DNA of 59,384 bases, the filler included, from Sphacelaria rigidula (lineage: Eukaryota): the NCBI GenBank assembly GCA_964200075.2. It is 10 parts of 10 records of this genome, joined end to end, with 100 filler letters (N's around TTAATTAATTAA, not from the genome) between each part and the next. Parts side by side here need not be neighbours in the genome. Positions count along the whole stretch, not along the records: positions 35,694 to 41,541 come from CAXNAA020023994.1; positions 41,642 to 47,489 come from CAXNAA020023995.1; positions 47,590 to 53,437 come from CAXNAA020023996.1; 7 more parts are not named here. One strand, given 5' to 3'. The notes beneath the pieces are model-generated. The model made no database searches, was not told the DNA's origin, and saw only the letters and a list, made by a program, of their open reading frames with translations. The translations under genes and the position numbers were made by a program. Shown here piece by piece: positions 36,301-48,249 of the stretch; the first letter of the stretch is position 1, and the number at the start of each line of letters is the position of its first letter.

Positions 36301-37770
36301 ATACAGATGTGTCAAGGCTAACCCTTACCTCTACTTTGACTTTGTGATTGGTGTGCTGTTCGCCTTGATACGTGGAGATGAATGCCCCCCTTTTTTTACA
36401 CGGAAGGTGCGTCATCGTTTCCGTAATACCCTCGTGAGATTATACACTCTTCTTTGGTAGCGGCTGCTGGCAACACCTGTGACGGAATAATATTGAATCA
36501 GGTGCCAAATATCAGGCTTCACGATTTTCGCCCTGGAAAGAAGATTGCCTGCCTAAATGCCCGGAAAATGTGCCGTCGGAGTGCTTCCATGGACGTATTT
36601 CTCGTCTGAAAATATTTTCCCAGAAAGTCGAACCCGTGAGCCTCAGCGCGAGAGTAGTCCATCTCGTTTGTGCGTACATTCAGATTGATGGTGGTTCAAC
36701 AACTCACACAGAACATTCCTCACCCGTCAACGGTACGAAGTCGTTCGAAACGACAGTGGCTTCCGACGTGGAACATTTTTACATGGGTCACATCTGCTAC
36801 TCTCCATTTCACGAAAGTTCCATGATGGTCAAACATTAACGTGTCGAACGTCCAACCTATCCTTTTCGTCCATCAATCGGAAAGGCACGTCTGATCCCTC
36901 TTTCAAATGGAATCCCTACTCTCAATCCCATCCGCTACTCTCAATCTCACGAAAACATTGTTCCTCGCGGTATAAGAGTCAACTAAGCTCGTATTTTATG
37001 CTACACGTCAAAATTTCGTGCAACAACTCGAAAGGTGCATGCGATCATCTTTCGAATAAAGTGTTGACCCTCAATCCGATCTGTTACTCGAAATCCCACG
37101 AAAGCATTGTTTACAGGACATTTAGTGCCAAGATGTTCGTCCGCGAAATCGGCACCATCTCTTGTCGAAAAGTTACCGCGTAATCCAGATTGCAAGCACC
37201 GCCGGCTGAAGAGTCAACCTACAATGAAATCAGCCGTCAGGTATATAATCCGAAAGCGAAAAGCCACCAACATACGAGTCTTTCAAATCGTGACAGGTTA
37301 CCACTCTACACTCGCATTCAACGAAGTATGAATCGGCGCAACGTTTTTCGAATGCATGCAAATGTGTGCGAAATGTAATCGCAACCTGATATTGTACAGC
37401 GGTGTATTCATGAGAGGAATGTTCCCGAAGTTGATGTCCTCATTTCCTCCATTTTAGCATAGTGAAGCCGCTGTTCAAGAGAGATATCATGTCTAAGAGA
37501 ATTACGGGTTGTTTGAGAGAGGTCAAAATGCTTGACACACCCTTCTCTAAAACCAGACCTATTTCTCTTGAACCGCACCTACCCGTCATTCCCCCGCTCT
37601 TCAAGTCCGCTGTTGACGACCGGTACTGCAGCGGTCTGTCGCCGTATGCTGCACAGCAGTACAGAAGCTGATAAACAGCTCACAGAATCACTGGCTGAAG
37701 CACGATGCCTTGCACAGCCGAACGGTGCAACATGGCCGAGGTGTCATATTCTCTTCGTAGGGCCAAGCTG

Positions 37771-38039
37771 GACATTTTTAACGGTAATAGCCCCCCCCCA
37801 AAAAAACTCAGCCCAAAGAGTGTTACAAAAGTCTGGACATACAGCGTCTGATGTTTGGGTTCAGGCTGCATGAAGCGCCTTATATGGGCGACAGGGGTGA
37901 GGACAAACCCAAGCGTGGGAGTTCCCAGCTGCTCGTTGTGCTCGGCCTTTTCCATTTCGATTTAGGTGACAATTCCGCCTCCCCAAACCAGGCACGTTTT
38001 GTTTTTGGGAGGGGGGCGGGGGGTATCGTAGAGAGTGTC
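37771..38039 (+). mobile_element. MITE family A copy (flanks GCTG/GATG)
   Basis: GACATTTTTAACG...TATCGTAGAGAGTGTC; the body is homologous to 31611-31897. Confidence 0.85.
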
Positions 38040-38419
38040 GATGGCCTGGATGAAGTAGCTTGAGTCAAGGAAAAGGAAACAAGCTTGCTTGGCAGGCATT
38101 GTGTTAAGTTGCGGGAGCTGCCGACAAGCGCAGTCTTCACGTCAGTTGCTGGGCACCTTGGGGGGGGGGTGTAGGTGAGGTTCGCATCCTTTTTGGTTCA
38201 AGCTGGTTTTTGTACTGCTGTAACGATCGTGTGCAGTTGGTTTTCCTCTTCTCGCGCTTTCTTTCCTCTTTTTTGCTTCCGGCATGTGACGTGTGACGCT
38301 GGTACAGTGTAGTACTGCTGTACGCCAGTAGCGCGGCAGTTAGCTGTGTTCATGTGAACGGTTACACTGAGTGAATATGCACATGTTAAATGTGTGATTT
38401 CACTCATGGTTAATGTAAG

Positions 38420-40475
38420 ATCCAGGATACTATCACGAGACTGTCGGACGACAATGTGGCGGATTAACCGATGGGAAACGGTACTGGTGATTTCCAGAAA
38501 TGGTACTGAGGACGACGCAAGACGGCGGGGGCGGCGGCGACGCTCCTCAACTTCCGAGGTCCTATCAACGCCGTCTTGCGTGGGCCGACCGGTTACCAAC
38601 ACCAAGGGCGGAGCGTACGAGGAGCCAAACGCGCGAGGCCATGGGGTCGGCACACAGACGAGGCGAGACGCTGGTGGCTAGCGGAGCGGAGGAGAGCAAA
38701 AAGGAAGCGGAGATGGCGCTGGCGGGAATGGCTGAGGACAAATGCTCAACCATGGAGAAGATCACCGCGGCAGCAGGACAGGTGGCCGGACAAGACGCAA
38801 TCGTCTCGACCCAAAACGAGTTAGCCGAAAACGACTTTGTTGTTTTGTTGCTGAGGAAAACAGAGTAGGGCAGCCTAAATTCGGTTTGCGTTCACCGGTT
38901 GGCCTACATGCAAGCGAAATAGAGGTAGCACCCACCAGTATAGATGACATGGCAAAATCAGAGTTTCGAGAGGCATGGTTAGGCGCGATGCAGGCCGAAC
39001 TAGGAGGTCATGAAAAGGCTGGAACATTTTCGACTGGCCCTGTACCGGAAGGAGTAAACATGATTTCATCGAAGTGGGGTTTCAGTTGAAAAACTGACGC
39101 AGATGGTACTGTAACGAAGGCAAAGGCAAGGTTGGTAGCGCGAGGATTCAGACAACGTTTTGCAGTCGACTATTTCGAGACTTTCGCGGCAACGCCCTCC
39201 ATGGCCTCCATCAAACTGGCCATGGCAGCGACAGTTCAGGAAGAGTGGTCGCTGTATGATTTTGACGTGACACAGGCTTTCGTTCAAGCAGAAATGGATA
39301 CCGACGTGTACCTGCGGTTGCCTGAAGATTGCTCCGTTTTGACAGACGTGACCGTGAAGCTGGAAAATCTATTCATGGGATCAAGCAAGCGGGCAGGCAG
39401 TAGTCTCGTCTTCTGTGCCAAACTTAACGGGAGGATGTGGGGATGGTGCAGTGTGAGGCTGGCCCATGTTTCAGGATGGAGGATGCAGGAGACGTGCATA
39501 TGATTTTAGTTGTCCATGTGGACGACATTCTTATCAGTGGTTCTGAGGAAAATGTGGGAAAAGAGGGCAAAATCCAGAACAAAAAAGTTCCTCACGAACA
39601 ACTCGGTGAGGCCACCTGGTACATAGGGTGCGCAGCGGATAGAGACTGGGATAGAGGCACGCTGTCCGTGACGCAAACCACGTTCACGGACACGCTCCTG
39701 AAGCGTTTTGAGGTGAGGGGGTACTCGGAAATCCCTGCCTCTGTTTCTGTAAAGTTGGGGCCGACAACGGGCGAAGACAAAACGGTGGTTCGCCCATACC
39801 GTAACGCACTGGGGGGGCTGATGTGCCTGGCAACAGTCACCAGACCTGACGTCGCAAATTCGGTACGAGCGCTCGCTCGCCAGTCGCATGATCCGTGCGA
39901 GAGGCACTGGGAAGCTGTGATGGAAGTGCTAAAGTATCTCAACGAGACGAAGGAGTTTGGACTTACGTTCAAGAAAGGACATGATAGGCTTTCAGTTTAC
40001 TGCGATGCAGACTACGCCAAAAAGGAAACGGATAGGCGTTCGGTATCAGGGGTAGCCGTAATGTACGATGGTGTGGTAGTGTCGGCAACGAGCCGCACGC
40101 AACACTGTGTGACTTTGTCAACTACGGAGGCAGAGTATGTCGCAATGGCCGAGGGGGCAAAGGAGGGACTGTTTGTAAAGGCGGTGTTGACGTTCCTGCG
40201 ACCTCAGACTGTGTCGGGATGCGGGGAGGACCAAGGTAGTGTTTTGTACGAGGATAACGAGGGAGCAAAAGCTCTGGCCAAAAATCCCCTCAGCTCCGAA
40301 AGGAGTAAGCTTATCGACGTAAGATATCACTTCATTCGAGAGCTGGTGGGGACGGGAAAGATCAGGGTTGTGCATGTAAGTTCAGGATGACAGCATGCTG
40401 ATATTTTGGCGAAGCCTCTCTCGATCAACCTGTTTATGAGGCACAGACGTTTTTTTATGAAGTTGGAAGGTAATA
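38420..40475 (+). mobile_element. Ty1/Copia pol 3' half (post-integrase linker, RT, RNase H), frameshifted
   Basis: VISRNG; AWLGAMQAEL; KARLVARGFRQ..VDYFETFA; FDVTQAFVQA; VHVDDILISG; TRPDVA; YCDADYA; STTEAEY; EDNEGA; IDVRYHFIRE. Confidence 0.95.
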
Positions 40476-40769
40476 AGTAGTAGGTACGTTTTTGTGTGTA
40501 CCATTGTGCTAGCGCCGGGTATTTTCAGGTGTTTAAGTGATGCATTCATGCGCATTTTGGGTTCAGCCACCCACACTACTTTGAGGGGCATGGGTTTTGT
40601 AAGGCGTTTCTTGACATGACGTGTATTTGCCTTGACCAACGCCCATGGATTATCTAGATGGAGCACAAGCTGTTCAGGGGAGGGTGTTTTTGCTCGGTTG
40701 GTCGGATTTCCCTCCTAAAATGTTTTGTTCTTTCTAGAGAGAAAGCCACGACGACTGATGAACCGGTTC

Positions 40770-41100
40770 AGAGGGGGTGTTCATGTGAATGGGTACACCT
40801 AGTGAACATGTACATGTGCGAATAGATTTATGCTGACGCACGGGTACGGGAAGTCAAGTGTGTGGGACTACAGTACTATGCTCAGGACGGCTGCTGCGCT
40901 GCCGCCTGAGCCCACTCCACATCTGATCCCTCTATCATAGGGTCGACTCCGTCAAGGCACTCTCCAATAATATGAAAGATAAAGCTATCTATCCTTCGCC
41001 ACGGACCACGGAATAGGCTGTACAGCAGTATGCCTGTACTCTCTCGCGCTCTTTTGGCCGCTGTGTTCACATGTTAGAGCAGCAGCATTTAGACCATGGA
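40770..41100 (+). repeat. Polypurine tract and probable 3' LTR of the Copia element (LTR starts TG at 40778; end uncertain)
   Basis: AGAGGGGG|TGTTCATGTGAATGGGTACAC. A related block, TGTTCATGTGAACGGTTACAC, lies at ~38347 upstream of pol. Confidence 0.65.
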
Positions 41101-41749
41101 ATACAGCAGTGGTTTTCTTCCACATCATAAAAAAGGGGCATCGTGCTAGGTGTTGGTCCTGTATCGCACCATTAATAATCGATTGCGCTGTATCCAGGGC
41201 GCTTCCAATTTCAATTTACTCCGGTGTTTGTGACGTTGCGGTCTCGGATTTCGGCGGTGAAACCGGAGTGGTCTCGGCTGGGCCCTTCTACTCTAAAATG
41301 AAGGTCCGCCGCACGGACCCGGGGTATGGTGATGTGTCGTTGAACGGAAGCGGAAAAACAGCCTGGATTCGTTTGTGAGGTTCAACATTCGGGTGAGGTT
41401 CAACGGACCATCGAAATTCCATTTGCTTTGTCCAAAAGGCTCGGGATTCGCAACTGCTTTCGACCATGTAACCCTAACGCAGAAGTTTCCGCACGGCAGC
41501 GAAAGCATGATGACGAGCAGTCCAACAGAAAAGCCACCGTCNNNNNNNNNNNNNNNNNNNNNNNNNNNNNNNNNNNNNNNNNNNNTTAATTAATTAANNN
41601 NNNNNNNNNNNNNNNNNNNNNNNNNNNNNNNNNNNNNNNNNCCACAAAGCCGCTGACGCGCGCGACCGCGGGGACGCGCGGGGCCGGGGGGGGGGGGGGG
41701 TTCAAAGTGCGACAAAAAAATAGAATAAAAGTCCAACCCCGATGAACTC

Positions 41750-44371
41750 TACTGGTCAGCAGTCCCGGATACTGGCTTGGGAAAGTCCAAGAAACATCGA
41801 CGCCTGAGTTGTCTACATCTACGATCATCCCATTCTTCATTGATAGGTTGCTATGTCTAGGTGATTTCTGCTGCTCCGACGTATTCCAGTCATCATTGAA
41901 GCGGGGCTTGACGCAGGCGGGAGAGTGTGTTCCCCAAACGTACTCCATGTGTGTCGTCATCCCATCTATTCCGGACGCCAGTCTACACCTTGAGGAAGTT
42001 ATATGTGGGCGCACCAGCCGGGAGCACGCAGGAGGAAGGCCAACAACACGTCAGTTTTTTATTTGTTTTTATATGTCTCCACCCTCCTTTTGTAGTGCTT
42101 CATTTTTCTTTTATCGAGAGGGGGGTCCAGCACTCACTTTTCCTCGTCGACCGTGAAGTCGAACTTCGTGTACCCACGATTTAGTCGCTCTCCACTGTTG
42201 GGCACTGTGTGCAAAAAAAAACAGATCGTGTGACTGCACCGATTCTCGAACCACGACCCAACCGTCAGAGGGTTCCGACGTTACCAACTGGGCCACCGGC
42301 GCAACCGGTTTTCTGGGACTTGCACTTCTTTTCTTGCAACGATCACCGTTCAACGAAGAGCACAAGCTGTGAACTCTCTGCCGCTCTCGTGTCGAGGGTT
42401 GTGGGCTGCGTGTGGGACGACACCGCTGTAGACCACTTTTCCTTCAAGGACGCGACAGTCATGCTTACGCCGCCGTTTCAATCGGGCAAGCACTTGGACC
42501 TGCTGAAGCCGGTTGCGGGCGACGACAGTGGGCAGCCCGCCAGCAGCAAAGCGACAGTTCCAACGCCGACGGGCGTTGTGTCTCGTAAGCGCGCGGACAC
42601 TTGGACAAAGATCCGCGCCCGGGCGATCAAGGCGGCAGGGCTATCGGAGATGAGCAGACGTGAGGATACCGATGAGGCGCGAGAGGCCAAGCGCCTGAAG
42701 ATGATTGTGACCTACCCGAGCAACGCTTCGAAAAGCATCAACGAGGACGAGTGGGGGATGTTCGCCAGCGAAGCTGCGGAGGAGAGGGCAGAGGATGAGC
42801 TATCTCCCGAAGAGAGAGTTGGGGAGCCTGTAGATAACGAGATCGCGCGGTTCCGGAATCTCAGCGTGAAGCCTTCTGGTATACCCCTGCGGGAGGCCCT
42901 CAGGTACTCAATGCGCCAGGGAAAGATTCACTTCAGACTCTTGCGCAGTGTAGCGCAGCAGACCTTCGGTAACCAAACTTCTGCAGCACAGATAAACCCT
43001 TTTGGGACCGGGCCTCCAGAACGACCATTGAGGCTGGTTAGTAAGGACGTGTCTGGCATCTGCACGAAACAGACAGTGACGTGTGAAAATCCGCGTAGGT
43101 AACCGCAGGGTTATGACGAAGACCGAACGTTTCATCCCATCTACTTTCAGGTGCAGGATGCACATCGAGTGGTGTACATCTGACGTGGCAAGCAGAATGG
43201 GTCGCGGTAGAGAGTTTCCGACAGGATACGGCGACCGGCGGGCCGCCCGCCACTTGTGGCTTTGGATGGTATTTTCGTCCCCATCACCTTCACCTTGCCA
43301 CACAGCCCTTTTGTGGTCGGGGTGGGCCGCCATTTCCGTCTTTTTTGCATGCGGAAAATTCTGTTCGAAGGGTCTATCAGCTTTGCGGCGCGCATACACA
43401 CGGTATAATACAAGTACAGTGCAGTACGCCTCCCCGACTGCAGCAGCAGCTACTGTTGCATACTCCCTGGCACGTTCTGGGCGATTTTTAGCCACCGAGA
43501 TCAACTGCCTATATACCGATTCTTCATCTCCGCCTACTACATGCGTATTCAATGTACACTGCAAGTCATCGGCATAGGGATAAGCAGAATTCATGACGGT
43601 AGCTCATTTTGTCTTTCGACAGCCCACCTAGGTTTAGTGCCTCGTGAAAATGACCACATGGCAGCATGAAAAATCCTTCCCGATTTTTTCCGGTCCACCC
43701 GGTGTTAGTATAAATTACTGCGTTTCAGTGTAGAATTGGGACCCAAAAAACACTCCGAAAAAACTCGGAAACGGTATACCAAGTGCAAGTAATACCATAA
43801 AAACAAGCTGCGACCACCCTGCATTTGGAAACCTGCGAAGGCTTATCTGGGCCAGGGATAGGGCCGCCACACGATATTTGCAATGGCATCACACTCGACA
43901 ACAATCCCCGCGCTGGTCGTCCGGGTCTGGTCAATACATTTCGCCTCACCGTGATTCGGCAGGTCGCTCGAAGGCTTATTATATATTATTCCACCAACAC
44001 AGGGTCAACCCTGGGTCAACCCTGTGTCAACCCTGTGTTAGTGGGGGTCCGGTCCAAAAAGGGTTAAGCGTGACTTCGGTGGCGCGGGACAACTTCTGGT
44101 GAGCCGGAGAAGCCGCCTCGATGGTTTCCACGTTGACATGTTGCTGTTCCTTCACTTCAACCTCGCCAAGATAACAGTAGCGGTGCCTGCGTTCACTACC
44201 GCATCAATACCATCATTCATTCTCAAGCGCTTCACTGGGGTAGATCCTGAGCTGTGCGAGGCAAACGACTTCACCGATCCCATTGGCGCAGCGACCCCAA
44301 TGGACATGAAGGACGACCCCGATCATCTTTATGAGGGGGAAAACAAGAGCCAGGGCGCGAATGGCAGCTGA
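41750..44371 (+). mobile_element. hAT transposase C-terminal remnant, split by a piggyBac-like insertion
   Basis: Removing 42997-44063 and one TSD copy gives HFRLLRSVAQQTFGNQTSAAQI-KRDFGGAGQLLVSRRSRLDGFHVDMLLFLHFN, the hAT dimerisation-domain pattern. The 5' boundary is approximate. Confidence 0.85.
42997..44063. mobile_element. Non-autonomous piggyBac-like element (CCC...GGG, TTAA-type TSD)
   Basis: TAAA|CCCTTTTGGGACCGGGCCTCCA ... TGGGGGTCCGGTCCAAAAAGGG|TTAA, with three 11-nt GTCAACCCTG(G/T) subterminal units at ~44003-44036. Confidence 0.88.
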
Positions 44372-45667
44372 TGCACCGTGCGACATGCCTGCGTCCACAT
44401 GCTCTTGGAGCGATGCGAGTAGCATGTTATTGGACTGAGCTTTGTTTCCATCATATACGTGAAATGCGTGGGACTCTTCCTCCTTGTTGCTGTCCGACAT
44501 TTGCATGATTTCTCCTTTTTTTAATACTCTCCGCCCTGACCACTAGCTGGATTTGTTGCAGTCAGCTGACAGGGTTAGACACTCAATCCACGGATCGATG
44601 ATGGAGACCGCGTGGCCATTTTCGTGGTTGTTGATGTGGGTGCAGAGACTGAAGCACTCTGAAAATAGAGCAGCACTATGTGTAAAGTTGAAATTGAATA
44701 CTTCGATTTTCATTTCGAGGGGGGTAGGGCCGTAATTCCTGGCCCCAACGTGTTGCAGCAGCAGTACGTAAGAGCAGGTGCAGTAGTACGCAAGCGTAGA
44801 GTTTGCCTATCAATGTACAGTACCGGGTACCTTACCTACGGTGCTTGTGGAACTCTGCTCGCGCACTGTTTGTTCTCTCTTCTCGCAATACCGGCTACTA
44901 CGACACGGCATTACCATGTACTGTACTGATGCAGTGCAGTGCACTGTATTACCCCAAAGTACCAAGTTACGGCACCGTACTCGGAGGATTGTTTACCGCC
45001 TGCCTGCTCTTCGGCTTCATGCACTATTAACAGTACGCAGTACCACACTAATGTAATGAATGAACGTCTGTGTACACAACCATTTCACAAATCTGGTATA
45101 CTGGTGTACTGTCTGTACCATCAAACGGTCACCCCGATTTTGAGTCCACGAATCAGAGTCCCCCTGATTTTTCAAAATCGGGGCCCCATAGAAATGGAGA
45201 TTCGTTCCCATAGCAGTGGGTCTTAGGCTGTGTCTTCTCAAATTGTTTTCGACTCGAAAGCATGCGGTCGAATCGAATCGGTCCTTACGAGACCGAATCT
45301 GATACGTCCACGGCATTCATGTTCCTGGATGGCTTCAAGTTCTTTCTATAATCAGTTACGCGCGACGGGCAGGGTCAGAAACAGAAACGCTTAGGGCGCG
45401 TATTATCGAGTCCAAAAATGTGGGAACGCGACATGATCGTGATGGTGATTATGACGGTTGAGGACATTTTTTTTTTCATTATTCCGATTGGTTGTGAGTT
45501 GATGCCACATTCTCACCTCCCCCAAAATCACCCTCACGAAATTTATCCTCTTGGAAACCAATTTTCGTGAGAGCGGAGGGAGATTCGCGTGAGAATGCGA
45601 AGAGGAACGTCACATGGTTGCAAGGCGTCGGCTGTTGGGCTCTTCATGGGACAGACAGTTGGGATTA

Positions 45668-45988
45668 CATCACAAGCAGTAGCCACGCTGGGTTCACGGC
45701 ATCGTCAGCAGTAGTCACGCGTGGGAGACACACTCCACGTGGACAGCTCCCACAGAGAGATGCGCACAGCTACATCTGCCAAAACCTCGCCGAGTAAGCA
45801 AGCATGGACCCATCGGCGGGTAGTACGTACCAGCGCTGTCTAGCACAGTGGCCATCACTCGCAACGTGCGTGGGTGTTGTTGCACGGTCGAAACGCGGAC
45901 CGTCTACGATGAAGAGCACCAGCACCAGCAGCATTGGCACCGGCTGATTCAGAACCACCCACAACCGTACACACTTGCTGGTAATAAA

Positions 45989-46019
<31 letters not shown>

Positions 46020-46560
46020 AATCTCGTGCGGGAGGCGGTCCGCGTTTCGACGTGCGACAACACCCATGAACCTGGCGCGTTATTTCCTTCTCCCCACTTG
46101 AAAACGATCATGTATGATCTGTTGGCGTGTTGTTACCCTCATATTGCATCAGTATACTGTAGCATTTCAGTACGAGTACGTACCACTTGTGTCCCCCTGT
46201 ATTGGACGCTGGCTTTATTCTTTCAACGCCATCACCAGCAGTAGCCACGCTTGCGAGACACACCCGATGTGCACAGCTCGCACAGAGACGTGCGCACAGC
46301 TGTATCTCCTAGCGCTTCCCGGCATGATGGCTGTCACGCGCAAGGTGCGTGGGCGTTGTAGCACGATTGAAACGCGGACCGTCTCTCCCATGAGGATAAA
46401 CGGCAGCAGCAGCGGCAGCAGCAGCAGTATCGGCACCGGCTGATTTAAACCCACCCCCAGCCATGTACATCTACTGGCAGTAACGATGCAGCTGATACTG
46501 CTGCTGTTGCCCCTTCTCGTGCGGAAGGCGGTCGGCGTTTCGACGTGCGACAATACCCAT
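45668..46560. repeat. Two diverged tandem copies (~45668-46067 and ~46230-46560) of a palindrome-containing repeat
   Basis: Each copy has GCAC..T(C/T)GAAACGCGGACCG...(CAG)n...(CTG)n...CGGTC(C/G)GCGTTTCGACGTGCGACAA. Confidence 0.85.
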
Positions 46561-47308
46561 ACCCCCTTGCGCGTGATTGCCGCCCTCCTCGAAGTCGCTG
46601 GTCTGTTCGCGTACTGTTTTACCGTCTTTGTATCACTTGTTTCCCACCCTAGCACACTCGACTAGAACGGCGCGTGATTGCTCGTGATAATAAAGTTGTG
46701 AACCGTCACTTCACAATCATTATCACGAAATAATTACCATTTCCCTTGTTTCGTTAAAACACGGCCTTAGCTTCTGCGAGCGAAACGAGCGGCGGAATGA
46801 ACGAAGCGGCACGTTACTCCCATGTCGCAGACAACCGTGCCAGATACTACCCTTTCACAGAGGTAAGCAAAACCCAAATGGTTCATTCGCAGCTACCCAC
46901 CCAACCCTGCGGCACAGATCACGAACTCAGCACAGGGATATATGGTGCAGCAGTGAGACGAAACCGACATCACCACACTTGTAGCATGATGTGGTCCTTC
47001 TTGTTGGCGAAAACTTGTGCATCTAATTTCGTGGCAGGGTCCACCAACGGAGTTGCGTGTCGGGGTGAGCGATGGAATTGCCAACGCGCTCATGGACAGT
47101 AGAGGCGGTGAAACACCGCACGTGGTTCAAATCTGCTTCGCATCCTCCTGCATGCAGACAGCCAGAAAGCTGTGCCGTCTGTCAAATCTGCTGTGTGTCG
47201 CGTTGCCCGCTTCTTTTCCACATCGCGCCCGCATGCTGTGCGAAACACACACCTTCTAGACAGTACAAGCCGCCACTGTTGTACAACAGTCTGTACTATT
47301 GTCTGTAC

Positions 47309-47489
47309 TTGATTGATTGATTGATAGCCGAACTTTAACTGACCACCCAGGGGTCCAGCCGTGGTCTCAATAAAAACGGAACTCAAACATGCTCTAAGGA
47401 AAAAAAAAAAAAAAGGAACAGAAAACAATAGGAACAGGAAAAAGAAAAAAAAAAAAAAAGAAAAAAAAAAAGAAAGAAAAGAGAAAAAA
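47309..47489 (-). mobile_element. RTE LINE 3' end with (TCAA)n tail
   Basis: TTGATTGATTGATTGA...CCAGGGGTCCAGCCGTGGTCTCA followed by A-rich UTR, as at 7908-8060. Confidence 0.8.
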
Positions 47490-48249
47490 NNNNNNNNNNN
47501 NNNNNNNNNNNNNNNNNNNNNNNNNNNNNNNNNTTAATTAATTAANNNNNNNNNNNNNNNNNNNNNNNNNNNNNNNNNNNNNNNNNNNNCATATAAGAAG
47601 CAAATGCCAGGCTACCACGAGACCTAGCAAAAAAGCGAGAGCAGAAACCAAACACACAAAAATAAATTCCCCCCCCCCCCCCTCCCCCCCCATTGAACTA
47701 AAACATCGCTACAGAAAAACTGACGCGTCAAACCCTCCTCCACGAAAGGTCCCACAAATGCATGAAAAAACCACTCGAGAACACAACACGCAAGCTCTGA
47801 CAGTAAACACTTTTACACCCCCATATTCATGCCCTTCTCTCTACCACGTCCACCATCCATACATGCACGCGCCTGCCTAGTAGAAGCCCGCGTCACCCGG
47901 ACACACAATGACTCTTCCATTCCAATTTGCCCAAAGACCTCACAACATCCACCACCACGATGATTTTGTTGGACTGCCGATCGCACGACATCAAGTGGAT
48001 ACGCCGTTTTGCCCCCGACCACCACATCCTCCGCCATTTACCAGTTCCCGCTCGGCACCTATACGTGCATTGCTGCAATATCGCGCAGATGTTGAAACCT
48101 CGCAGCTCTGCCCCCCCACCCCACCCGCCGCTGACGACCGTACTTCTTCCCCGGCGCTTGAACCGCCCCACTTCATCCCCGAGACATCCCGAGCAAAGTA
48201 CAGGATCGTACGGCAAAGGTTGATTGTAATCCCAACACTGGTGTAAACT

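Noticed and set aside
36790..37115. Three diverged ~30-40-nt repeats (TC(T/C)G(C/T)TACTC...CACGAAA)
   Set aside because: Real but irregularly spaced, with no boundaries or function I can support.
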